Part shown: positions 18,953 to 29,556 of the stretch, one piece after another | Position numbering within the stretch: position 1 is the first letter of the stretch | Layout of the letters: every line of letters begins with the position of its first letter | From: an uncultured delta proteobacterium | GTDB taxonomy: Bacteria; Myxococcota_A; Polyangia; Palsa-1104 | DNA length: 64,000 nucleotides | NCBI GenBank assembly: GCA_963785725.1 | Contig: CAWAWS010000020.1 | Coordinates: forward strand, 96,001-160,000 | Reading direction: 5' to 3' | Program-made: the position numbers and the translations under genes | The notes under the pieces: model-generated | Database searches by the model: none | Told to the model about the DNA's origin: nothing | Seen by the model: the letters and a program-made list of their open reading frames with translations, nothing else

Positions 18953-19723
18953 TTAGCGCTTACCTTCGACTTTAGCGCAGAGAATGCCTTTGTCTTCGGC
19001 TGAGCCGGCGCCACGCGGGCTGAGCGGTCCCGAGAACGATTTGCCCTTGCCGTGCTGCAGCCAGAGCTCGCCGTGAATTTGGCAGCTGCCGTCCGGTTGC
19101 CTGTTGACGACAGTCGCGTAGAGATCGCGCCCCGTGGTCCGTCCGAACGCGTCCTTCTCGAGCTCGTCCGCCCAACGACCGAGAATGACCTTCAGGACCT
19201 TGCCCGATGGATAATCCTTGGCGTAGGCCTTGGCGACGGCGCTCTCGAGCGCGGCGCTGTGCTGATCGGCTTTGGGCAGCTCCACGCTCGCGACTGCTGC
19301 CGCGGCTTTGGCCTTTGACTCTTCCTTCGCCTTCGCCTGTTCGTCCGCCCGCTTCTTATCGTTGCGGTCGTTGGTAATCTGCTCCCACATCTCCGATACC
19401 GCGTAGTTGAAACAGAGGCCCTTCGGGTCATCGTGGGTGATATCCGGGTCCCTCAGCTTGTACTGCATGAACTTGTCAGCCAAGCAGTTGGGGATGCGCT
19501 TTTCTGCCTCCGCTTTGCACTCGTCCGAGATGCCCGTGCCGCTCTTCTTCGCCGCGGCGACCCAACGCACGGAGCCTCCCCCGGTCCCGATGGCATCGAC
19601 CTCCTTTTCGCATTTGTAGGCGTCGGCGAGCGAGCCCCACCTCGCAGCCTCCGCCTGCGCGACTGACGTAAACCCGACAGCGATGGCGACCATGACCGAG
19701 ACATGAACGATCCTACGATTCAT
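18953..19723 (-). CDS. Secreted hypothetical protein
   Basis: Signal peptide ending AQA; six Cys; GGGG RBS. Confidence 0.75.
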   Translation of the reverse strand: MNRRIVHVSVMVAIAVGFTSVAQAEAARWGSLADAYKCEKEVDAIGTGGGSVRWVAAAKKSGTGISDECKAEAEKRIPNCLADKFMQYKLRDPDITHDDPKGLCFNYAVSEMWEQITNDRNDKKRADEQAKAKEESKAKAAAAVASVELPKADQHSAALESAVAKAYAKDYPSGKVLKVILGRWADELEKDAFGRTTGRDLYATVVNRQPDGSCQIHGELWLQHGKGKSFSGPLSPRGAGSAEDKGILCAKVEGKR

Positions 19724-20323
19724 CGATTCCCCCTGTTTGAACGTCCGCATGCATTTGGGAATTGCAGCCGCGCCAATGACCCGAGCGCGGAGAGTGGATG
19801 GCAAAGCCGGCGGCCCTGAATCCTCGGGCCGTCGACGTGGTCGGGTCACTGGTGGCGCGGGTGTGCTGCAGTCATCCAGAAAATCCAACTTGTGCAGCTC
19901 AATCGGTCCGGGCGGATTGCACAGGACAGGCCAAACGTCTCGGACCCGCGCCGACCTGCGAAAGTCGCGAGATTGAGTGTGCGGACACAGCTTCGGAGAG
20001 GCGGGACTGGCCAGTGCAATCGCCGGCAAAGTCGCCGTTGCGCACTTACAGATGGCGAGAGTAGCCACTGCTTCTTATTGCCGCATGGGGTCACGCTAGC
20101 CTCCCTCGAACGGGTGGCGCTCGCTCCACGCTCCGACATTCGCATCCGACCGCACGCTTCGACATTCACGCGCGCCCACGTCGCCCACCTTCGCTCGGCG
20201 TCTGCCGCTCGCGCTCCCCGTCGCGCGCCTCCAGATCGCGTACATTCACACCATGCGCGCCGGCGCCCGCCTATTCCACCGCTCGCCCGCCGCCGCACGA
20301 TCTCGCGCCGCCCTCCGCTCCCA

Positions 20324-22243
20324 ATGATGACGCCCATCAGCAAACCGCGCGGCGCCGCCGCCCTCGCCGCGCTCGTCCTCACCTTCGCGCTCGCCGGCTA
20401 CGGCCAGCTGCTCCGGCCCGGCCGCGTCGTCGCCTCGCCCTACTCCGACCTCTTCGCCTACCACTTCGCCGCCAAAGCCGAGCTGCGCCACGCGCTCGCC
20501 ACCGGCGACAGCCTGACCTGGCGCGAAGATCGCCTCGCCGGCCAGCCCGGCCTCACGCATCCGCAAGCGTCGTGGGGAAATCCGCTGCACGCGCTCTTTT
20601 GGCTGCTGCCGCCCGAGCGCGCCGTCGGCCCGACGCTGTTCGCGCTGCTCGTCGCCGCGGCGTTCGGCTGCGCCGCGCTCGCCGGCGCCCTCGGCCTCGG
20701 CTGGCCGGCGCGCGCCTTCGCCGCCATCGCCGGCCTGTTCCAGGCCAAGCTCATCCTCGTCGCCTACGCCGGCTGGCTCGGCGTCTGGCCCAGCCTGGCG
20801 CTCCTGCCCTGGCTCTTCTACGCGCTCGTCCGCGCGCTCGATCGTCCCGGGCTGCGCTCGACCTTGCGCCTCGGCCTCGTCGGCGCGCTGCTCCTGCACT
20901 GCGGCCAGCTGCAGATCGCCTACTACGCCGCGCTCACCGGCGCCGTCTGGGCTGTCGTCCGCCTCGTGGCCACGCGCGGTCGCGACGCCCGCCGCATCCT
21001 GCCGACGCTCGCCGCCGCCCTCCTCTTCGCGATCGCCGCCGCCGCCTGGCTGCTCGTGCCGCTCGCCGCCGAAGCCCCACTGCTGACGCGCGCCCACGCC
21101 GACTGGCGCTTCTTCTTGAGCGGCCACGCGCTGTCGCTGCACCATCTCCTGACGCTGCTGCGCCCGGAGATCCTCGGCACGCCGCTCGATTGCAGCTATC
21201 CCGCCTGGACGCTCTGGGAGGACGAAGCCTACTTCGGCCTCGTCCCGCTCGCCGGCGCCCTCGTCGCGCTCGTGACGAGCGCGCGCCGTCGCCCGTGGGT
21301 GCGCCTGCTCGCCGCCAGCTTCGCGCTCACCCTCCTTCTGACCTTCGACTCGCCGCTCTTGCGCGTGGCCTATCTCGCGCTGCCGGGCTTCCGCCTCTTC
21401 CGCTGCCCGAGCCGGCTCCTCTTCCTGACGTCGCTGTTCGGCCTCCTCCTCGGCGCTTTCGGCTGCGACACGATCCTGCAGCGGCTCGACGCTCGCCCGC
21501 GGCTTCGCTTGTTCGCGCTTATGCTGATGATCGTCATCATTGGCACCGAGGGCATCTACTTCGCCCATCGCTACTTGCCGACCGAGCCCATCGCCAGCGC
21601 GCTGCCGCCGAGCCCGGTCGCCGCGCGCATCCTCGCCGAGCCCGGCCGCTTCCGCGTCGCGCTCGTCGGCTTCCCGGCGCAGATGACGTGGCCCGTGCGT
21701 CCGGCGCCGCTCATGCAAGTCGGCGGCTACGACTCCTACGGCTTCGTCCACTATCGCGACTACTTCGAACGCATGCGCACGGGCGCGCCCGCCGTCGCCA
21801 GCGCGCAGAGCTGGGTCGAGCTCGATCGCGTGGCGCGCTGGGATCTCCTCGACGCGCTCGCCGTCCGCTTCGTCGTCGCGCCGGCGTCCGTGCAGCTGCC
21901 GGCCGAGCGCTTCGACGTCGTCGGTGTCTTCGACGAGGAGCCCGTCTTCCTCCTGTTCGACGGCATCGCCCACGCCCGCGTGCGTTTATGGCGCAACCGC
22001 AACGCCGCGCCCTTCGCCGAAGTGTGGCATCCCGGCTGGCGCGCCACCGTCGACGGCCGGCCCGCGGCCGTCGAACGCAGCGACGGCGCGCTCGTCCACG
22101 TCGCCACGCCGCCCGGTCGCCACGACGTCCGCTTCCGCTTCGTCCCGCTCGGCTGGCCGACCGCTCCCATCGTCAGCCTCGTCGCAGCGATGGCGTGGCT
22201 GTACGGCCTCTTTCGCGCGCTTCGCCGTCGACCGAGCGGCTAG
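20324..22243 (+). CDS. YfhO-like multi-TM membrane protein (GT-C-type glycosyltransferase-like)
   Basis: SDLFAY, LAGQP, GQLQIAYY, YFGLVP, FRCPSR, EVWHPGWRATVDG..PPGRHDVRFRF. Confidence 0.8.
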   Translation: MMTPISKPRGAAALAALVLTFALAGYGQLLRPGRVVASPYSDLFAYHFAAKAELRHALATGDSLTWREDRLAGQPGLTHPQASWGNPLHALFWLLPPERAVGPTLFALLVAAAFGCAALAGALGLGWPARAFAAIAGLFQAKLILVAYAGWLGVWPSLALLPWLFYALVRALDRPGLRSTLRLGLVGALLLHCGQLQIAYYAALTGAVWAVVRLVATRGRDARRILPTLAAALLFAIAAAAWLLVPLAAEAPLLTRAHADWRFFLSGHALSLHHLLTLLRPEILGTPLDCSYPAWTLWEDEAYFGLVPLAGALVALVTSARRRPWVRLLAASFALTLLLTFDSPLLRVAYLALPGFRLFRCPSRLLFLTSLFGLLLGAFGCDTILQRLDARPRLRLFALMLMIVIIGTEGIYFAHRYLPTEPIASALPPSPVAARILAEPGRFRVALVGFPAQMTWPVRPAPLMQVGGYDSYGFVHYRDYFERMRTGAPAVASAQSWVELDRVARWDLLDALAVRFVVAPASVQLPAERFDVVGVFDEEPVFLLFDGIAHARVRLWRNRNAAPFAEVWHPGWRATVDGRPAAVERSDGALVHVATPPGRHDVRFRFVPLGWPTAPIVSLVAAMAWLYGLFRALRRRPSG

Positions 22244-22293
22244 CGCCGCGCCGTCCGCCGCCGCGCCGCAGTCGCATGCGACGCGACGACGAC

Positions 22294-24060
22294 TCAGCCT
22301 TTGAGCGCCGTCAGCGCCACCGACGGAATCTTCCACCAGCGCGGCGCCGCTTCGAAGCGCGTCACCACCCGCCCCAACGCCAAGCTGTTCTTGTGATCGG
22401 TGAACCACGCCGGCGTCGGCTTCATGATGAACGGCGCGCGCACCACCGACTTCTGCGGATGATCGACGAGCAGGCCGTTGTGCACGACGCCCTGTCCCGA
22501 CTGAATGTCGTGCGACGGATGGCCGGGGAATGCGCCCCAAGTCGCGTTGACGAGGCCGTAATTCAAGCCGCTCCAGCAGTTGACCGCGATGGCGCCGTAG
22601 CGCAAGGCGGCGATGGCGCTCTCGACCTCGCCGCCCAGCTCCTTCTCGGTGCGCGGGTCGACGAGCAGGTTCATCGACAGCGTGCCCCAGCAGCGATCGT
22701 TGGCGAACGGCACGGCCAGGCCGAGATATTCGCGCGCGTCTTTGGCGTCGAGGTCGACGAACGACATGATGCCGCACCACGGCTCCTCGGCGAGCGCGTA
22801 TTCGCCCGGCTTGTCGCTGACGCCTTCGAGGATGGTCCACGGCAGCGCCGTCGGATCGCCGACCGTGCCCAAATCGGTGTGGCGCGGATAGGCGCGCGTG
22901 AAGCGCTCCCACGTCGCCTTCGCCGTTGGATAGTAGGCGCGGCGCGTCGGCGTCGCCGCCAGCTTGGCTTTGACGGCGGCTTCGAAGCGATCGCGCAACG
23001 CCCAGCCTTTGGCGAGCACGATGAGCCGCGCGCCGTTGCAGTTGAAGCCGCAGTTGTAGGCGAGCATCGACGCGACCTGGCGCGCCTGATAGTCGAGCTC
23101 GGCGTCGGACCACGCGCCCGGCACGACGAGCACCGGCGAGACGCAGCCGAGCTCGGACGTGATCGTCTTGGCGATGCGCGGCGTCCGCGCCTTTTTGCGC
23201 GCCGCGCCCTCCTCGCCGACGCCGTACAAGATGGCGTCGTGGGCGGCGGCCGAGCCGGTGATGTGGATCGAATGGACCATGGGGTGGTCGGTCAAGTGCT
23301 GGCCGACCGAGATGCCGCCGTAGGCGACGCGCAGGTAGCCGGCGTCGATGAGCGGGCGGAACGCCTCTTCGATGACCGGCCCGATCTGCTCGTTCACCGG
23401 GTTCATCTTGAGCAGGCACACTTCATCGTCGACGACGAGCTTGTAGAGCACGTCCATCGCCGGAATCGACGACTGGTTGCCGGCGCCGAGCACGACCGAG
23501 ATGCCGCCCGCGCCGCCTTTGCCGGCCGCCTTCTCGCGGTAGATTTTGCCTTGCGTCGGCGTCTGGCCGGGCTCGATCCAGATGTCGCAGGTGATGCCCG
23601 CGAACAAGATCTTGTCGATGGCGCCCTGCGGAAAGACGCGCGCGACCCACTGTCCGTCGGGCCGCTGCCACGTCTTCGGCAACTTCGGCTGACCGCCGGC
23701 CTCGAGCGCTTCGGCATAGAGGCGCAGGTTGCGCATGACGGCCAGCGTGCCGCCGAGATATTCCTCGCCGTGGCCTTGGCTGCCTTCGACATAGCCTTTG
23801 ATGGCGCAGGCGACGCTGGCCCAACGATCGGACGCGGCCAGCATCGTCGGAATGCAGTCACGCAGGAGCTTGGCGCGATCGGCGGCCGACAAGGCGACCC
23901 AGCGGCCGCGCCCGACTTCCAGCTCGCTCAACATCCGATCGCAGTCCGCGAGCGACGTCGCCGGGATGGGCGCGGGCGGCGCGGGAAACAGTCGCGGCTG
24001 GCCGGCGTCGGCGGTCGCAGTCGGGGCGGCCACGGCCGCGATCGGGTTCGTCTGGCTCAT
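22294..24060 (-). CDS. Aldehyde dehydrogenase family protein (long subtype)
   Basis: LGAGN, LKMNP, ITGS, SELG, catalytic FNC, EEPWC. Confidence 0.9.
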   Translation of the reverse strand: MSQTNPIAAVAAPTATADAGQPRLFPAPPAPIPATSLADCDRMLSELEVGRGRWVALSAADRAKLLRDCIPTMLAASDRWASVACAIKGYVEGSQGHGEEYLGGTLAVMRNLRLYAEALEAGGQPKLPKTWQRPDGQWVARVFPQGAIDKILFAGITCDIWIEPGQTPTQGKIYREKAAGKGGAGGISVVLGAGNQSSIPAMDVLYKLVVDDEVCLLKMNPVNEQIGPVIEEAFRPLIDAGYLRVAYGGISVGQHLTDHPMVHSIHITGSAAAHDAILYGVGEEGAARKKARTPRIAKTITSELGCVSPVLVVPGAWSDAELDYQARQVASMLAYNCGFNCNGARLIVLAKGWALRDRFEAAVKAKLAATPTRRAYYPTAKATWERFTRAYPRHTDLGTVGDPTALPWTILEGVSDKPGEYALAEEPWCGIMSFVDLDAKDAREYLGLAVPFANDRCWGTLSMNLLVDPRTEKELGGEVESAIAALRYGAIAVNCWSGLNYGLVNATWGAFPGHPSHDIQSGQGVVHNGLLVDHPQKSVVRAPFIMKPTPAWFTDHKNSLALGRVVTRFEAAPRWWKIPSVALTALKG

Positions 24061-24226
24061 CGTTCGACTCCGCACGTTCGAGGTTACCGCGATAGTCGAG
24101 CCGACTCGGCCGCGGCACGCAAGCACAAAGCCGCTCAACAAATAATGACCCCGAAAGCGCCGGCCCGAGCCGCGTCCGCCCGCGTGGCGTTACGACGATC
24201 TTCACGCCTCGTGGTACTTAGCCTGC

Positions 24227-25654
24227 ATGAAGCTGGGCTGGCGCAGCCTCGAGATCGTCGCCGTCGTCACGCTCTTGTCGAGCGGCGCCTTCGTTCGCGT
24301 GCACCTGACCAATCATCCGCGGTGGGTGTTCGCCGGCTCCGACTCCTACGGCTATCTGAAGCTCGGCAATGAGCTGTGGAGCCACGGCCGCTTTTCACTC
24401 GGTCCGAGCGAGCCGCTCGAGTGGTATCGGCGCCCGCTCTATCCGCTCTTCTTGCGCGCGGCGCGGCGCGCGGCGCCGACGGAGATGTCGGGCGGCGAAG
24501 GCTGGAAGCGCATTCAACTGGCGCAAGCGTTCGTCGACCTCTTGGCGGCGCTCGTCCTCTACTTGGCGGCGCGCCAGCTGGCCGGCCGGCTGGCCGCCTT
24601 CGTCGCGCTGTCGCTGGCCCTGTTCTATCCGCCGAGCGCGATCTGGTTCGCCGCCGTCCTCACCGAGTGCCTGTCGATGGCGCTCACGATCATGGCCATC
24701 GCGCCCATTTTCTGGCTGCGCGAGCGCCCGCGGCTGGCGGCGGCGCTCACCGGCGTCGCCGTCGGGCTGGCGTCGCTGTTGCGCCCCGACGGACCGCTCT
24801 TGGCCGTCGCCATCGTGCCGGCGCTCGCGTGGCTTCCCACGTGGTCGGCGCGCGCTCGCGTCGCCGTGACGGCCGCCGTCGCCTTCCTCGCCGTCTTCGC
24901 GATCTGGCCCATCCGCAACGTCGTGCAATTCGGAAAGCCGCATCTCACCGACGGCATGATCGATCGCCACGGCCACGACGTGCCCAACTTCGTCGGCTTT
25001 TGGCGCTGGATGCAGTCGTGGTCGCTCAATTCACATCCGGCCGAATACCCGCAGTCCTGCTTTTACGACGCGCCCTGCCAGCCGACGATCGAGCTCTTTC
25101 CGCCCGTCGACGGCGCGTTCGTTCCCGCCGATACGCCGAATGAGCGCCAGCGCGTCGACGCGCTCTTGCAGGAGCGGCGCCGCCGCGGCGTGACAGCCGA
25201 GGTGTCGAACGGCTTTCTCGCCATCGCGCGCGAGCGCCGGCAGCGCCATCCACTGCGCACGCTGGTGCAGCTGCCGCTCGAGCGGGCCTGGACGATGTGG
25301 ACCTCGTCGCAGGATGAGCTGCTGAAGAATCCCGGCTGGCGGCCGTGGATCTGGCTGACCAACCAAGTGCTGCCCTATTTCCCGCGTTTCGCGCGCTGGC
25401 TCGTCTATCTCACGCTGCTGGGCGGCGCGACCGTGCTGCTCGATCGTCGCTTGCGCATCCCGGCGCTGGTGATTCTGCTGCCGATCTTGACCCGCACCCT
25501 CGTGCTCGGCTGGACGGCGTTCTCCTTGCCGCGCTACATCGTCGGCCTCTATCCGCTGTGCTTCCTCATCATCGGTTGCGCCACCGCTGTCGTCGCCGAA
25601 TGGCTCGCTCGCGGCCTCCGCTCGGCGCTCAAAGCGGCGCGCGACCGCCGCTGA
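24227..25654 (+). CDS. GT39/PMT-like integral membrane glycosyltransferase
   Basis: DSYGY, RRPLYPLFL, LTECL, LLRPD, WPIRN, PRY. Confidence 0.8.
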   Translation: MKLGWRSLEIVAVVTLLSSGAFVRVHLTNHPRWVFAGSDSYGYLKLGNELWSHGRFSLGPSEPLEWYRRPLYPLFLRAARRAAPTEMSGGEGWKRIQLAQAFVDLLAALVLYLAARQLAGRLAAFVALSLALFYPPSAIWFAAVLTECLSMALTIMAIAPIFWLRERPRLAAALTGVAVGLASLLRPDGPLLAVAIVPALAWLPTWSARARVAVTAAVAFLAVFAIWPIRNVVQFGKPHLTDGMIDRHGHDVPNFVGFWRWMQSWSLNSHPAEYPQSCFYDAPCQPTIELFPPVDGAFVPADTPNERQRVDALLQERRRRGVTAEVSNGFLAIARERRQRHPLRTLVQLPLERAWTMWTSSQDELLKNPGWRPWIWLTNQVLPYFPRFARWLVYLTLLGGATVLLDRRLRIPALVILLPILTRTLVLGWTAFSLPRYIVGLYPLCFLIIGCATAVVAEWLARGLRSALKAARDRR

Positions 25655-25655
25655 G

Positions 25656-25876
25656 CTACGGCGAATGACGCGCGACGACGGCGGCGACGCGCGGGTCGCG
25701 GATGGCGAGCACGTCGAAGAGGCCGAGCGCCAGCAGCGTCGGCACGAGCTCGCCGAGGTGCGCTTCGGCCTCGGCACGCGCCGCCGGCGTAGCGGCGTCG
25801 TCGACGATGACGCGCGCGTTCGCCAAGAACTCGATCGGCTGGAGCTGGCCGTCGATCGTTGATGGCGGCTGATTGA
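25656..25876 (-). pseudogene. Short hypothetical ORF or C-terminal remnant
   Basis: Protein-like stretch IEFLANARVIVDD..LGELVPTLLALGLFDVLAIRDP without a convincing start. Confidence 0.4.
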
Positions 25877-25923
25877 TCCGCCGCCGCGCTTGCCGCCGCC
25901 GCGCGCAGCGACGATGATACGGC

Positions 25924-27330
25924 ATGCACCTCCGCCTCATCTTGCCGCTCGTCGTCGCCACGGCCGCTTGCGCGCACACGACCGCCGCGCCCACAGCCGC
26001 GCCGGCCGCCGTCGCGACGCCGCCGACCGACGGCAAGCCGGTCATCGCCGGGCTGCACTTCGCCATCCAATCCTTCACGCTCGACAACGGCCTGCGCGTC
26101 GTGCTCGTGCCCGATCACGCGACGCCGACGGTGGCGCTGGGCGTCTACTACGACATCGGCTTTCGCGTCGAGCCGCGCGATCGCACCGGCTTCGCGCACC
26201 TCTTCGAGCACATGATGTTCCAAGGCTCGCCCAACCTCGGCAAGCTGGAGCTGGCCGGGCTCGTCTCGTCCAACGGCGGCGCCTTGAACGGCACGACGCG
26301 CTTCGACTTCACCAGCTACTTCGAGGTCATTCCCGCCAACACGCTGGAGACGATCTTGTGGGCCGAGGCCGATCGCATGCGCGGGCTCGTGGTCGACCAA
26401 GCGAGCCTCGACAAGCAGAAGAGCATCGTCACCAACGAGGTGCGGCTCAACGTGCTCAACAAGCCCTATGGCGGCTGGCCGTGGCTCATCGTGCCGCAGC
26501 AGGCGAACCAGAACTGGTACAACGCGCATAACTTCTACGGCGACGGCAAGGACATCGAGCGCGCCACCTTGGCCGAGGTGCAGCAGTTCTTCCGCCACTA
26601 TTACGTGCCCAACAACGCGGCGCTGGTGATCGTCGGCGACTTCAATCCGGCGATCGTGCAGGGCTGGGTGCGCATCTTCTTCGGCAGCGTGTCGCGCGGC
26701 GCGCCGGTGGCGCGGCCCGACTTGAGCGAGCCGCGCCAGGAGCAGCCGATCGTCGCCGCCCGCGTCGACAAGCTGGCCAAGCGGCCGGCGCTGGCCGTCG
26801 CCTATCACCTGCCGCCGCGTAACTCGCCGGCGTTCTATGCGTTCGCGCTCATCGATCAAATCCTGCGGCAGGGGCATGACAGCGCGCTCTATCGCTCGCT
26901 CGTGCGCGACAAAGGTCTGACGGCGCAGATCGACGGCGGCATCAACTTGCTCGGCAACCAGTTCGACTACTTCGGCCCGATGCTGTGGATCGTCAGCGCC
27001 TTTTACGACAGCGACCGCCAGCCCGACAAGCTCGTCACGGCCATCGAGGCGGCGATCGCGCCCTTGCGCGATCAGCCGGTGAGCGCGGCGACGCTGGCGC
27101 GCGCGCGCATCAAGATGCGCTCGTATTTGTATGGGCTCGTCGAGGAGAACCAGCGCATCAGCCTGCTGAGCATGCTGGCGGCCTCCGCGCTCTTCGACGA
27201 CGACGCCGAGGCGATCAATCGGCTGGAAGGCGAGCTCATGAAGGTGACGCCGGAGCTGATCCAATTTACGGCGCGCGAATATCTGCGGCCGACCAATCGC
27301 ACGGTGTCGAAGCTCGACGTGCTCAAGTGA
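25924..27330 (+). CDS. M16 family zinc peptidase, catalytic subunit
   Basis: GFAHLFEHMMF (HXXEH), NGTT, FFRHYYVPNNA; TAAC lipobox-like. Confidence 0.95.
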   Translation: MHLRLILPLVVATAACAHTTAAPTAAPAAVATPPTDGKPVIAGLHFAIQSFTLDNGLRVVLVPDHATPTVALGVYYDIGFRVEPRDRTGFAHLFEHMMFQGSPNLGKLELAGLVSSNGGALNGTTRFDFTSYFEVIPANTLETILWAEADRMRGLVVDQASLDKQKSIVTNEVRLNVLNKPYGGWPWLIVPQQANQNWYNAHNFYGDGKDIERATLAEVQQFFRHYYVPNNAALVIVGDFNPAIVQGWVRIFFGSVSRGAPVARPDLSEPRQEQPIVAARVDKLAKRPALAVAYHLPPRNSPAFYAFALIDQILRQGHDSALYRSLVRDKGLTAQIDGGINLLGNQFDYFGPMLWIVSAFYDSDRQPDKLVTAIEAAIAPLRDQPVSAATLARARIKMRSYLYGLVEENQRISLLSMLAASALFDDDAEAINRLEGELMKVTPELIQFTAREYLRPTNRTVSKLDVLK

Positions 27331-28724
27331 ACGCTTACGCTCGCTACGGTTTGGCGCTGGCCGTCGTCGCGACGGCGATGTCGGCGCGCGCCGACGTGCC
27401 GCCGCAGCCGGGGCCGTTCGTGCCCTTCAAGGTGCCGGCGCGGCACGACTGGACGCTGGCCAACGGCGGCCAGGTGACGCTGGTGCCGTTCGGCGCCGTC
27501 GCCAAAGCGTGCGTGACGTGGGTCGTGCGCGCCGGCAACGTGCACGAGACGGCGACGCAGACGTGGCTGGCGGACACCACCGGCGAGATGCTGCGCGAAG
27601 GCACGCGCAAGAAGACCGCGGCGCAGCTCGCCGACGCCGCGGCCGACTTGGGCGGCGACCTGCGCATCGACGTGCGCCCGGACGCGACGACGGTGACGCT
27701 GGAGGTGTTGGCGGAGATGGCGCCGCGCGCGCTGGCGCTCGTCGGCGACGTGGTGACGAATCCGCTGTTGCCGGCGGAGCGGCTGCCCTATGTCATCGCC
27801 GGCCTCGTGCGGCAGGTGGCGATCGATCGCACGCAGCCGGCGACCTTGGCGCGCGAGCAGCTCGAAGGCGTGCTCTATCCCGGCAACGGCTACGGCCGCG
27901 CGTTGCCGACGGAGGCGATGCTGCGCGGCTACTCGCTCGACGACGTGCGCACGTTCTACACGCGCAACTTCGGCGCGGCGCGCTCGCACGTCTATGTCGT
28001 CGGTCAGTTCGACGCGGCCGCGGTCGAGAAGGCGGCGCGCCAGACGCTCGGCGCCTGGGCGCGCGGTCCCGAGCCGACGCCGCCGCCGACGCTGGCCGCG
28101 GCCACGCCGCAGCTGCGCGTCGTCGATCGGCCGGGCGCCGTGCAGTCGACGCTCGCCGTCGGCCTGGCGATGCCGCCGCCGCAGAGCGCCGACTTCATGG
28201 CGCTCGTCGTGACCGACGTCCTCCTCGGCGGCGGCCACATCTTCGGCGGCCGCATCAGCAGCAACCTGCGCGACGACAAAGGCTACAGCTATTCCGCCGA
28301 CAGCAGCCTCGAAGCGCGCGACCACGCGGCCACGTGGCGCGCGACGGCCGACGTCGCCACGCCCGTCACCGGCGCGTCGTTGAGCGAAATTTTCAAGGAG
28401 GTGGCGCGGCTGCAGGCGGTGGCGCCGAGCGCGCAGGAGCTGCGCGTCGTGCAGCGGTTCATGGCGGGCGCGTTCGTGCTCGGCAACTCGTCGCGCGCCG
28501 GGATTTTGCAGCAGCTGCGCTTCGTCGACGAGCAGCAGCTCGGTGACGATTGGCTGCGCGACTACGTGCCGCGGGTGATGGCGCTCGAGCCGGCCGACAT
28601 CCAACGCATGGCGCAGCACTATCTCGACGTGAAGAAGCTGTCGATCGTCGTCGTCGGCGATCGCAAGCTCGTCGACAAGCAGCTCGCGCCCTGGCGCAAG
28701 GCGCTGACGCCGCACAAGCGCTGA
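27327..28724 (+). CDS. M16 family peptidase, non-catalytic subunit
   Basis: GTGA overlap; no HXXEH; GRISSNLRDDKGYSY. Confidence 0.9.
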   Translation: MNAYARYGLALAVVATAMSARADVPPQPGPFVPFKVPARHDWTLANGGQVTLVPFGAVAKACVTWVVRAGNVHETATQTWLADTTGEMLREGTRKKTAAQLADAAADLGGDLRIDVRPDATTVTLEVLAEMAPRALALVGDVVTNPLLPAERLPYVIAGLVRQVAIDRTQPATLAREQLEGVLYPGNGYGRALPTEAMLRGYSLDDVRTFYTRNFGAARSHVYVVGQFDAAAVEKAARQTLGAWARGPEPTPPPTLAAATPQLRVVDRPGAVQSTLAVGLAMPPPQSADFMALVVTDVLLGGGHIFGGRISSNLRDDKGYSYSADSSLEARDHAATWRATADVATPVTGASLSEIFKEVARLQAVAPSAQELRVVQRFMAGAFVLGNSSRAGILQQLRFVDEQQLGDDWLRDYVPRVMALEPADIQRMAQHYLDVKKLSIVVVGDRKLVDKQLAPWRKALTPHKR

Positions 28725-28750
28725 GCGGCGCGGCGGTCGCGAAATCAACC

Positions 28751-29476
28751 TTAGGGCGCACGCGCGCCGCTCGGCCGGCGCCCGATGTGGAACACGAACC
28801 AGTGATCGACGAGCGTGGAGACGGGACGGCCGGAGTTGTCGCGCGCGGGCAGGAAGCGGCAGCGCGTCTTGACCGCCGCCAGCGCCGTCTCGTCGAGGCC
28901 GAAGCCGGCGCGGTGCGTGACTTTGGCCTGCAGCACCTGGCCGCGCTCGTCGAGCGAGAGGATCAGGCGCACGACGCCTTCGCGGTGCGAGCGCATGGCG
29001 CCGTCGGGGTAGTCGAGCGTGTCGGTGCAGCTGCCGGGCACGAGCGTGGCCGGGTAGCCGACGCGGTCGCCGTCGCCGTCGAGGCGTCCGTCGCCGACGT
29101 CTTCGACGCCGGTGCCTTCAGTGCCGTCGCCGCTGGCCGCGTCGTCGGCCGCCGCCTCGTCCGCGGCCGTCGGCTCGTCAGCGGGCGCGATCGGCGGTGC
29201 GACGACGGGCGCGACGCGCGGCAGCCGGCGCGCATGCCGCGTCGGCGGCGGGATCGGCGCCGGCGGCGGGCCGGCGGCGTGCGCGTCGCTGGCCGAGCCC
29301 GGCGCGCCGGCGGCCGCACCGACGGTGAACGTCGTCAGCCCCGAGCCGCCGTAACGATGGGTCGGACCGCGGAAGAGCACGAGCGCCAACAGCCCATGCG
29401 CCAACAGCGACAGCCCTAGCGTCACACGCGTCGAAGGCGACCGCTTTCCGAAGGACGCGAGCCGCAGCCGTCCCAT
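28751..29476 (-). CDS. TonB-family energy transducer
   Basis: SLLAH TM motif, Pro-rich linker, YP..EGVV..GLDETAL..RFLPA. Confidence 0.85.
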   Translation of the reverse strand: MGRLRLASFGKRSPSTRVTLGLSLLAHGLLALVLFRGPTHRYGGSGLTTFTVGAAAGAPGSASDAHAAGPPPAPIPPPTRHARRLPRVAPVVAPPIAPADEPTAADEAAADDAASGDGTEGTGVEDVGDGRLDGDGDRVGYPATLVPGSCTDTLDYPDGAMRSHREGVVRLILSLDERGQVLQAKVTHRAGFGLDETALAAVKTRCRFLPARDNSGRPVSTLVDHWFVFHIGRRPSGARAP

Positions 29477-29556
29477 GAGCGCGATCGTATTCCCGCGCGC
29501 CATGACTGCAATCGCCAAACGACGCGGTTACGAAAGCGGCCGACGCAGCATCGCGC

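Noticed and set aside
20572..24372. 1266-aa Arg/Ala-rich ORF and similar long ORFs (15291-17663, 35202-37514, 37400-40321, 57822-60050)
   Set aside because: Shadow frames of real genes in high-GC DNA; low complexity and no motifs
25924..28724. M16 pair as a PqqF-type RiPP protease system
   Set aside because: No precursor or pqq genes nearby; an ordinary heterodimeric M16B arrangement
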